A DNA stretch of 64,000 bases from Heteronotia binoei (Eukaryota). Both the position numbers and the translations under genes were made by a program. Positions 10,355 to 21,045 of the stretch are shown here, piece by piece (the first letter of the stretch is position 1; every line of letters starts with the position of its first letter). Location: contig NC_083229.1 of the NCBI RefSeq assembly GCF_032191835.1, positions 106,020,001 through 106,084,000 of the forward strand, given 5' to 3'. The notes under the pieces were generated by a model that ran no database searches, was not told where the DNA came from, and saw nothing but the letters and a program-made list of their open reading frames with translations.

Positions 10355-13300
10355 ATCATTTTATTCATATCCCGCCCTCCCTGCCGAAGCAGGCTCAGGG
10401 CGGCTAACAACATTAAATCAAATACAGTAAGTTATACAATAATATTTAAAGCAATAGCTAATTTAGCAATTTAATTAAAATTCTAAAATTAATAAAATTA
10501 ACATCCTGGTGCTATTTCAACAGATGGTAAAAATCACTTAAGCAGTCTCTCTTTTAATCGGTGAAGGCCATCCTGAAGAGGACGGTCTTGCAGGCCCTGC
10601 GGAACTGTTCAAAGTCTCGCAGGGCCTGCACTTCTTCCGAGAGCTGGTTCCATAGGTGTGGAGCTACAACAGAGAAGGCCCGAATGTGACTGCTCTGTAG
10701 TTTTGCTTCCTTTGGCCCGGGGATGGTCAGCAGTTTCTTCCCTGCTGACCTCAGTGTTTTTTGGGGTTCATATGGGGAAAGACGGTCCCTCAGGTAGGCA
10801 GGTCCTTGGCCATATAGGGCTTTAAAGGTAATAACCAGCACTTTGTAACGAATCCGGTATGTAACTGGCAACCAGTGCAGTCCGCGCAGCCCTGGCTGTA
10901 TGTGCTCCCATTTTGGGAGCCCCAATAGCAGCCTAGCCGCCGCGTTCTGCACCAGCTGCAGCTTCCGGGTTCGGCACAAAGGCAGCCCCATGTAGAGGGC
11001 ATTACAGTAATCCAGTCTCGAGGTGACCGTTGCATGAATCACTGTTGCTAGGTCCTGGCGCTCTAGGAAGGGGGCCAACTGCCTTGCCCGTCTTAAATGA
11101 AAAAAGGCTGACTTAGCAGTGGCTGCTATCTGGGCCTCCATTGATAGTGAAGGTTCCAGTAGAACTCCCAAGCTCCTGACCCGTCAAAAACCGGGAGAGG
11201 TATTTCCCTCCCCAGAGCGCCCCGACCCACGCAAAGGACTTCTGTTTTCGCTGGGTTCAGCTTCAACCCACTCAGCCTTAGCCAAGTTGCCACGGCCTGC
11301 AGTGCCAGGTCCAAATTCCCTGGGACGCAGCCAGGCCGGCCATCCATTAGCAGATAGAGCTGGGTGTCATCTGCATATTGGTGACACCTAAGCCCATGCC
11401 TCCGGGCAATCTGGGCAAGGGGGCGCATATAGATATTAAATAGCATTGGTGAGAGAACTACTCCCTGAGGCATCCCACAATCTAGTGTGCTGCGCCTCTG
11501 GGACAGCTCACCCCCGATTGCCACCCTTTGTCCCCAATCCTCGAGGAAGGAGGAGAGCCATTGTGAAGCCAACCCCCTAACCCCTACGTCGGCGAGGCGG
11601 CAGGTCAGTAGCCGATGGTCGACCATGTTGAACGTGGCCAACAGATCTAACAGCATCAGCACCGCCACACCACCTCGATCCAGATGCCACTGGAGGTCAT
11701 CTGCCAAGGCCACTGGAGGTCATCTGCCAAGGCGTCCCGTGACCTGGACGAAAGCCGGATTGGCAAGGGTCTAGGATGGAAGCGTCATCCAGAAAACCCT
11801 GGAACTGCAACGCCACTGCCCTCTCAATAATTTTACCTAAAAACAGTAAATTAGAGACCAGTTGGTAGTTTGCCAATTCGGCCAGATCTGCTGTACTTTT
11901 TTCAGGAGGGGGCGGACCATAGCCTCTTTCAAGGGTGTTGGAAAACGCCCCTCCAGGAGGAATCTATTTATGATGTCCCGTAAAGGACATCTAAGCTCCC
12001 TCAGGCAAGATTTAATTAGCCAAGAGGGGCACGGATCCAGATCGCAAGTTGTTGGGTGTGCAGAGGAGAGAATTTCGTCAATTTCCTCCAGGCTGAGTGG
12101 GTCGAAGCGGTCCAGAACTAAACCAGAAGACAGGCACGGAGCCTCTAGTTCATGTACTGTATCCAATGTGATGGGCAAGTCCTGGCGGAGCGACGTGATT
12201 TTGTCTGCAAAAATTTTCGCAAAAGCCTTGCAGCCTATTTCTAATTCTCTAACATTTGGTCTGCCTTGGGGCAGTGTAGTTAAGTGTCCAATTATTCTAA
12301 ACAATTGTGCGGGGCGCGAATTTGCAGACGCAATCCTGGCTGCGAAGTAATCTTTCTTCACGGCCTTGACTGCCATCTCATAAGACCTCATAAACGTTCT
12401 ATAGGATGTTCTTGTCGCTTCGTCATGAGTGCGCCGCCACTGCCACTCTAGTCGTCTGAGCCCTTGTTTCAGCTGACGTAGCTCCAAGGTATACCATGGG
12501 GCCAGCCTCACACGAGGGCGCAGAGGGCGTCGGGGTGCGATCTCGTTGATCTCCCTGGATAGCTGATCTTGCCAGGACGTCAAGGGAATCGCCAGGGGGC
12601 CAGGGATCCTGTAGAGCCATTTGGAACCGTTCCGGATCCATCAGGCTCTGCGGGCGAGCCAAAATAGGCTCTCCATCCTTACAGGGTTGAGGCAGCGTCT
12701 CCATACAGGCCTTGAGGGCTAGGTGATCCGACCATGGCACCACCTCCACCGCAATATCGTTCACCCGAATCCCGGATGCAAAGATCGAGTCTAGTATGTG
12801 CCCTGCCTGATGCATAGGAGTCGTAACAAATTGAGAGAGTTCCAGTGTCGCCATGGAAGACACCAGATCCATTGCCCGATTGGAGGCCGTGTTGTCAGCA
12901 TGGTCATTGAAGTCACCCAGGACCATAAGCCCTGGGTACTCCCAACACCCAGCCCACCACCGCCTCCATCAGGGATGGTAAGGTGCTGGCTGGTGCGTTA
13001 GGCGGACGGTACACCAGCCAGATCGTCAACCCCTCTCCGACATCCCACGCCAGACCAGCACATTCAATACCATTGATCGTTGGGGCCGGAAGGAGTAACC
13101 CTCCCGTATGAATAATGCCACCCCTCCCCCCCGCTCGCTAGTCCGTGATTGGTGAAAGACCGAGTAACCCGGGGGGGGTCATCTGGGAGAGAGCCACTGT
13201 CTCCCCTTCTCGCACCCAGGTCTCGGTCACGCAAGCCAGGTCCACATCCTGCCGAAGCAGGAATTCCCTAAGGATCTCGGTCTTATTATTTACGGACCTG

Positions 13301-14690
13301 GCATTGCATAATACCAATGACGGAAGCGGGCAATTCCTCTTGGCCCCACTACCTGTCACCGTTGGGATGGGAAGTAGACTGGAAGGGGGCCGAGCACTGT
13401 TTTGTCTCCACCTCCTTCCCTTGCACTTCTGTCTATTCCCACCATCATACCATCCCCTCCCCAGGAGCACTGGGATCCCCTGGCCACACATCCACACCTA
13501 TGCCCCGCTATGATCTTATTGATAATAATAAGATAGCCGCACCCACCTAACTAGATTGTCTCAATTTACAGCCTAAATCCCTAGCCCACCCTCCACCTTC
13601 AGTCCCCTGGTTATCTGACTCACTATAATTTAATCAAATTTAATTAATATCAGAACCCACCCTGATTCTCCCTCTAGTTGATTAGTCAAAAATTAATTCT
13701 TTCTTTCTTAGCACATTAATAAAATCCCCCCCATTCCTATGTCCCAACTTAATGTGCTAATATAAATAAATCAATAAATCAATATGCATTTAAATATATA
13801 AATACATAATAAAATCCAATTACTAATCAAATTACATAATTTCTAATTAAATTAATAATAGTTCCAATTAGTGGCCAATAAGATCTTCAATCCAACAAAG
13901 TAGGAGTCCAGGATACTGAATTAGAGAGGTAGATTAGGATATTGTTCTTAAGGTGCTGTTGTTAAAGTTAAAATTAAAGTGCCAGTGCTTGCAGGTGTCT
14001 TAAAGTGCGGGTGGTACTCACAGCTTAGGTAGCCCGGGGAGGGGGGTGAAACCTTCCTCGTTCTCTCCCAGCTCTTTAGTTGGATCCTTGCAGCTTCGGC
14101 TAGGAGGCTATAGCCCCGTCGGCGCCACCTCCAACTGTTCCGCAGCTCTCGTACACACTCTGGGCCTCCTGGCATCCAAGCCCCGTACAGAGCTTCGCAG
14201 TCGGGAGAACTCCCAGCTACCGGCCCAGCCGCGCCTCGTTGGCGTCCGTGGGGTGAAAGATGAAAATATGAGGATGAGGGGGGGGGGGCGATTGGGATGT
14301 TCACTGAGGCCGATGCCCCGGGACCAGTCCACCACTCCGCCCACTCACAGCCCCCCCAAGAGGCTCCCAGCCTCCGTCTGCAGTGGCCACTGGCTGCACC
14401 GCACCCTCCGCTCACCGCTTGTGCCTTTGTCGCACTGGCCTGTACTACACTCCTTTCTCCGGCGTTGGTTTGGCCCCTCCCGTACGCCAGCCCGTGGCTG
14501 CGCCCCAGCTCTACCTCGGCATCAGCCCAGACGGCAGCAGTGTTCCTCTCACAGCGGGCATCAAGAGTCGCCGCCACCCTTGTCGTCTTGTAAGTTGAGT
14601 CTCCAGTTAGTGTCCGGTGTTTAGTCTGCTGTTGATAGCTTGTTATAGCTATAGTTGTTATAGCTGTCAGCTGGCGGGAGCCCTAGCACC
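10355..14690 (-). mobile_element. L2 LINE, near full length, disrupted
   Basis: ORF2 pieces: APE (LVLCNARSVNNK, ACVTETW, VLGDFN, WSDH), RT (PQGVVLSPMLFNIY, QYADDTQLY), C-terminus (TSRLDYCNALY). 3' tail with (ATTG)n; GC-rich 5' region to about 14690; several frameshifts and an internal RT deletion. Confidence 0.93.
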
Positions 14691-15094
14691 TAGGCTTCTA
14701 CCGCTGTCGCCTTCTTGGGTTACTTCCTCTCCAAAGTGTGCAAGGAGATAAAAGAGCACACAGAGCTGGCAGTGAGGTCTGAGTCCTCGAGTCCTTTGTC
14801 AGATTCACCATGGATTGAAAAGTAAGCTCTGACAGATCAGAATTGCCTATTTCCTTGTCACTGACAAGACTGCAATGGTTTCTTTGTAGCATCATCTCTT
14901 CTGGAGCTCTCTTCTTTTGGTTGCTGTTGCAGAAAGATCCCAAAGCTGGTGGGACTGTGGTACAACCCGCCTCTAAAGTGCTCTCTCATGTAGGTGGTCA
15001 AATGTGCCTCTTGGAAAGGAATATCATACCATACCAAACCTTTAATGGCATCACAGTTGCAAATGAGAATACACTGAATATAAAAAATTAAACA

Positions 15095-16030
15095 TTGGAG
15101 ACAAAATCAAAAAGAAACCAAGATTACAAATGCAGTCATACATGATCAGATTTAAATTTAAGGATGTCAGCCAAACATTTTGCCACAGCCTCACTAACCT
15201 CCCACTCAGTATCATTCAGTAAATAATGATAGGGTGGCAGAATAGACAGATCTGGGGAGAAGGAAAGCTTGCAAAATAGATGTTTATGGAGATTATGATA
15301 TATAGAACAATCAAGCAATATATGCTGAATTGAGTCGCGAATATTCACTCCACAGGAACAGAGCCTATTACATAAAGGGACTCGATGATATCTCCCCTGT
15401 AAAACTTCGGAGGGAAATGCATTTAGTTTAGCCAACATAAATGCCCTGCATTGACTAGGAATAGTTATGTCTAATAGGTAATGGGGCATTTTGGCACAAA
15501 AAACATTGAGACCTAAGGATGCTGGTGAGCAGATATAAGGGTCTGTTGGACATAGTTTCATTTCCTCCAGCTCCAACAATCTCAATTTAATACATCTGAA
15601 GATATATGACTCATTAGATGTAAGAAAATCATCAACCGCTATCCACAACTGGTTAAGTTTGGACGTAAGAACTGCTGACCAGGATGAGATATATAGATCT
15701 CTTTTCAGACAATCAAGAAGGCTGTTAGGATCCATTCTAAAATTAATTTTGAGCCAGAATTTAAACACTGCGATCCAGTATTTTGTCTCCACCAAAGACT
15801 GACCCCCTTCAGAGCAGGCAGCAAAGTGGGACACACATTTTGGCATACCAAGAATTTGTCGAAAGAATGAGGCTTGAATGTCCTCTAGAAAAGGAATATT
15901 ATGGGTAGCAATTCTGTTGGGGTTGAAAGGAAACTGGTGCCAGGTGTTTTGACCGATGATTTTGGTTGCAGTCCTAATGGCACATTCCTGGGAGTAAGCT
16001 CCATTGAATAACATGGGATTCAGGTTTTCA
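15095..16030 (-). mobile_element. RTEX-like LINE 3' fragment
   Basis: 292-aa ORF ETKYWIAVFKFWLK...RAFMLAKLNAFPSEVLQGRY...RLCSCG...DSIQHILLDC with a CxC...H...C zinc knuckle typical of ORF2 C-termini. Confidence 0.75.
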
Positions 16031-16472
16031 CCCTTAATTTATTTTGACTGCCATGACTATTTGTTCTTTACAATTTGCTGGGGATGGGCATAGTCTTAGA
16101 ACTTCCAAAAAGGAATTTTTTTTTTTAGTAAAAACTCTCTTACACTTGGCACATGGCTCTCAAGCAATAATGTTGGATTACCTAAGAGTCAACAAGGGTC
16201 AGCTTAACCAGATCAGAAGTGGGGAGCATAATGTCTGATCCCATGGAAATATGATTCTCTCCAAAATGTGGCTGACTTTTGAGGTGGCAGTCCTAGGTTT
16301 GTTAAGGTTGGGAAATGCAAATCCACAAGTTTTAAATGAACTAAGCTTATCTTGTAGAGCCTGAATGGCCTCTGGTAGTCCTTTTGAACAGCATCAAAAA
16401 TTGACAATCTCCTGGCAAGATGATTATTGATCCTCTTTCTTCCTCCCCACTCCCATCTCCCATAAGGTTCCT

Positions 16473-16733
16473 CCAGTTTGGTGTAGTGGTTATCTGGGAG
16501 AACCAGATTTGATTCCCCACTCCTCCACTTGCAGCTTCTGGAATGGCTTTGGGTTAGCCATAGCTCTCACAGGAGTTGTCTTTGAAAGGGCAGCTTCTGG
16601 GAGAGCCCTTTCAACCCCACCCACCTCACAGAGTGTCTGTTGTGGGGGGAGAAGATATAGAAGATTGTAAGGTGCTCTGAGTTTCTGATTCAGAGAGAAG
16701 GATGGGGTATAAATCTGCAGTTTTCTTCTTCTT
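16473..16733 (+). mobile_element. Squam3-like SINE
   Basis: Same family as 1284-1548, with a small head deletion. Confidence 0.78.
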
Positions 16734-16837
16734 TTCTTTTCGTATCAAAGAAAACATGGAGATTCCCTTCATGTAAAAGAAGCATGAATCACCTGCCATA
16801 AAAACAAGAAAGCCCTATATGGCCGAGAACATGCCTA

Positions 16838-17365
16838 CCTGAGGGACCGTCTCTCCCCATATGAGCCCCAAAGAGCACTGAGGTCAGCAGGGAAGAACAT
16901 GCTGACTATCCCTGGGCCAAGGGAGGCAAAATTACAGAGCACCCGGGCACGGGCCTTCTCTGTTACAGCCCCGTGTCTCTGGAATCAGCTCCCAGAGGAG
17001 GTGCAGGCCCTGCGGAATCTGGACCAATTCCACAGGGCCTGTAAGACCATTCTTTTCAAGCAGGCCTTTGTAGACTGCTGACAAGATGGCTGTTCAACCC
17101 ACCAAACGATTTATCTAGGGATCTCTGCCATTATATAAATGCACAGAATAACATCAGGAACATCACCGCCGCCGTTAAATTAAATTATGGAATGGCTTAG
17201 ACAACCAGAACTGGTTTTAGATATTGTTGTTTTAAATTATTGTATAATTTAAATGCTGTTTTAAACGTATTATATATTGTATAATTTTATTGAACTTGTT
17301 GTTAGCCGTCCTGAGCCTGCCTAGGCAGGGAGGGCGGGATACAAATAAAATTTATTATTATTATT
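16838..17365 (+). mobile_element. L2 3' fragment
   Basis: LTIPGPREAKLQSTRARAFSVTAPCLWNQLPEEVQALR; tail GTTAGCCGTCCTGAGCC..GGGAGGGCGGGATACAAATAAA(TTA)n. Confidence 0.9.
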
Positions 17366-18469
17366 AAAATAAATAAAATACCGCAAAATATTTCTTTCTT
17401 CAATGGTCATGTTGTTATTTTCCATCATTCTTTGTAAACAAATCCATGTACACACTGAGAAAGAATACAGAAACCTACATTTTGACATGCATGCTCCAGA
17501 GAATCATGACAGTAACACAGCCTCTGACACACATATGACGAGAAACAGTTGAGAGATTTTAATTTATACAAAAGATCAGAACCAAGTGCATTCTGCGTAT
17601 GCTAGTGAAGCCCACAGGCATGGCAGAGATGAAGAATGAGATGACAAAAGCAAAGATAATAATCACTCACCATGCAAACGAGGCCCTGCTAGCAAGAGAA
17701 TGCCTATAGAACTGCTGCTAATGTTGAATTATAGCCGAAGCTCTTTCTTCAGCAATTTGCCACTATTTGTAGGTGGTCCATATGTTTGGGTTTTTATCAT
17801 TTCATTTTCCTTTTTACAGTCATAAATCACTGGGAGGAAAGAGGCATCTGCATTACTCTGTTTTGAATGCTTAACTAAACCAAAGCTTTCACAGCAATTT
17901 TAGTGACACTAAAGGACATTCTCAGATGCTGATGAGTTGCGGACTCCTACAAACCTGGCTGCCAGTTGCTTTGCAGGGGAAAGGAAAGCCCTGAAGATAT
18001 ATCAGATGAGGCACTAAGTGGGGGGATGTGGCTTTGTTGTAACCTACCATTATCTAGTTCCATCATTGTTTATCTTCCTTGCTTTTTAGCGATATAGTTC
18101 CTTTTTGTCATTCAGTATAGTAACAGGGACTGCAGTGGTCCAATGTGATGATATAGAAATAACTATTTTAACACCAGCTATAGAACACTAAGGAAAAGCT
18201 TGGATGTTCTTATTACCAGCCATGCTAGACTTCACAGGAAGTAGATAAACAGTTTCGGCATAACGTGGTCAATGTCACTGCTGATTGTGGACTGTAGTGG
18301 ACATACTTTCAGTCCAGGAAGCATGTGCAATGATACCACATGCCACCAGGACTCTCTGTTGGATATACCAGATCCTTGTCCACTACTGATCCAATCAATC
18401 CTCTCCCAGCAGCAAAATCCAGGACAAATCCCATATGAGGGGAAATTCCACAGTGACAATGCTGGCAGT

Positions 18470-18735
18470 GGTGCAGGTGGAAAGTACGGTCAAGTTACAA
18501 CTGATTTATTGATAACCCATGGGGTTTTCAAGACAAGAGATGTTCAGAGGTGGTTTGCTATTGCCTCAGCATCAGGACCTTGGTATTCTTTGAGGTCTCC
18601 CATCTGAGCCCGCTTTGGTGGGGTAGGGCGGGATATAAATCAAATAAAATGAAATGAAAAAATGAAATCTAAATACTAGCTAGAGCCAACCCTGCTTAGC
18701 TTCTGAGATCTGACAAGATCAGGCTAGCCTGGGCT
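18470..18735 (-). mobile_element. 5S-derived SINE with a short L2 tail inserted
   Basis: CCCTGCTTAGCTTCTGAGATCTGACAAGATCAGGC is 5S antisense; L2 tail GGGCGGGATATAAATC(AAATG)n at about 18595-18670. Confidence 0.68.
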
Positions 18736-18815
18736 GATTATACTGATGATACGGAGTTTTTGAGAGGACAGCAACAAAACAAATACAAAGACACCCCTCC
18801 CCAGCTCTCTTATAG

Positions 18816-19069
18816 ACCGTTTTCACACACAGTTTACCTCGCAGTCGGAATCCTGTTCCCTCCGCAGCGTCTGGTCGGATTTCCCACCATCTGCACCGAA
18901 GTTACAGAAAATGCAGCTTTTGCGTAGCAAACATAAACTGCTAAAACCCAGTTTACGTTTGCTACGTAAAAGCTGCAGCACTTCCTGTAACTCCGGCGCA
19001 GATGGTGGGAAATCCGACAGACGCGGCGGAGGGAACAGGCTTGTGAGGTAAGCTGTGTGCGAAAACGGT
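18816..19069. mobile_element. Long hairpin MITE (possibly Harbinger-like)
   Basis: Arms ACCGTTTTCACACACAG...AAACTG and CAGTTT...CTGTGTGCGAAAACGGT are inverted complements over nearly the whole length, with a short loop near 18940. Confidence 0.85.
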
Positions 19070-19304
19070 AATAGTTTAAACACAGCACAGAAGGTATTGT
19101 TAAGAAGGCATTATCAGTTTGTTTCTTTGATCTTAAAGGCTATTTCTTTGGTTTATTATGCTCATCATCTTACCCTCGTGAAGTATTTGGAGAACTGGGG
19201 ATCAAAACAAAGCATGCCTTATTTAATCTTCCAAGGATACTCCCACAGCAGTTTTTTCAAAGTTCAAAATCTTGTTCTGACAACAGATGGAGGAGGAGGA
19301 GATT

Positions 19305-19485
19305 GGAAAAAGCCCAACAGGAACTCATTTGCATATTAGACTACACCCCTGACATCACCATTGTTTCGCACAGGCTTTTTTGTAGAAAGAACCCAACAGG
19401 AACTTATTTGCATATTAGGCCACACTCCATGATGCCAAGCCAGCTGAACTGCGTTCCTGTGCATTCCTGCTCAAAAAAAGCCCTG
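19305..19485. mobile_element. hAT MITE, CAGGGCTTTTTT family, truncated
   Basis: Same internal repeats as 8680-8868; ends AAAAAAAGCCCTG. Confidence 0.75.
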
Positions 19486-19519
19486 GATTTATACATTGCC
19501 CCTTCAGTCAGAGTGCCTT

Positions 19520-19840
19520 ACAATCTCCTTTCCTTTTCCTTCCCCTCCCCACAACATACACCCTGCAAGGTAGGTGGGGCTGAGAAAGCTCTCCCATAAC
19601 TGCTCTTGAGCAGAACAATTTCCCCCAAGGTTTCCTGATCTCCAAAAAACCAAGATCAATATGCCTTGGGGAAAACTGAAGGGAACTGCAGGTCAAAATG
19701 TGCCTGCGCAGCAACTTGTGGGGAACTGATTGCTTGAGCCATGGAAAGCAGAAGCCCAGGGACAGTGCAACAGCTAGTGAGGAATCAGTGAGAGCTGTTC
19801 CGCCAGGCTTATGGCTGAAGACAGCAATGGGTTTCATCTT
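19520..19840. mobile_element. Antisense Squam3 fragment plus a partial hairpin MITE related to 51485-51767
   Basis: CCCCACAACATACACCCTGCAAGGTAGGTGGGGCTGAGA; GTCAAAATGTGCCTGCGCAGCAACTTGTGGGGAACTGAT resembles 51670-51710. Confidence 0.5.
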
Positions 19841-19959
19841 TGATTGGCCTTCCCTCTTTTCTCTCCCCCCCCATTTTAGACCAGACAGATTAAACCCCCT
19901 TGAGTTTTACTCCATCTTTTATTAATTGTTACTTATTATAGAAGGGAAAGTGTAGGTAC

Positions 19960-20085
19960 CGTAACTGGGGAAGGTAATGACAAACCATCCTGTAAAAAAG
20001 TCTACCGTGAAAACGTTGCGATGCACCATCACCCCAGAGTCGGAAAGGACTGGTGTTTGCAGAGGGGACTACCTTTACCTTTTAT
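19960..20085 (+). mobile_element. Sauria SINE (Squam1)-like 3' end
   Basis: GGGAAGGTAATGACAAACCATCC...GAGTCGGAAAGGACTGG...GGGGACTACCTTTACCTTTT has the (ACCTTT)n tail. Confidence 0.6.
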
Positions 20086-21045
20086 TATATCGTTAGTTAT
20101 AACATAATGTATTGTATTATATATTCTTAGGTATTTTATTATAGCTATTGTGTTTATGTTTTAGAATGTTTTTATCATGATGTTACCTGCTCTGAGCCTG
20201 GATATAAATCCGATAAATAGTTTCTCACAGGGAGGGGTATCACAGCAATAAGAATAATACCAGTTCATTCACCTCTCTGGGAAACAGAAGGGAATTTTTA
20301 AAAAAAAGTCACAAAATGAAATGCATTTTAATTGATTTTAAAATTTTGCAAGCCAATCTGATTTGAAGCAGATTACCCTAAGTTAAAAAAAAAAAAATCC
20401 CTCTTGGGAGGGCTGAAGTGTAACTTGTTGAACAATAAACTCCAAAAAATTAAAAATGTACACATTTGCACTGACACTACCCTCACCTCATATGCCTGTG
20501 TACGGAGATGTGTGTGTACAGTAGAGACAGGTTTTTCAGACATGTCCTGAGGATCACATTCCTCCATAGCCTGACATCAGTGTTTTTATTGTAAATATAT
20601 TTTGCTTATTGTAAACATGTTAGGGTTTTCAAAAAGCTGACATGAAATATAACTCTGATTTAAATTCTGAGGCATACAGTTTTAGAAAGATTTATTTTTT
20701 GCTCCATGTTGTTCCATTTTGCTTCAATATAATTTTGCATGAATATATATTTAAATCATCATTGGATCTGACTCTTCCTGCAATAGAGTTACCACATATC
20801 CTCTTCATAAGTGATTCTGTCCCGAGGGGAGCATTTGAAATGCCTAAACAAAGCATGTTTTGGGGAAGGCATGCCATTGAATTTTTTTAAAAAAAATTAA
20901 TTTCATTTTAATTTTTCAATTTATACCCCGCCCTATCCCACAAGTGGGATAGTATATTGCTGTTCACTCTTAAGCAAATATATCTCAATGTGAACTGAAT
21001 ACAGAAATTGGTAAAGTGGTAAATAAAATACTTTGTTCATCTTTG

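Noticed and set aside
11119-13550. Plus-strand ORFs overlapping L2 (also 58833-60407)
   Set aside because: Antisense shadows of GC-rich L2 ORF2 with no independent motifs.
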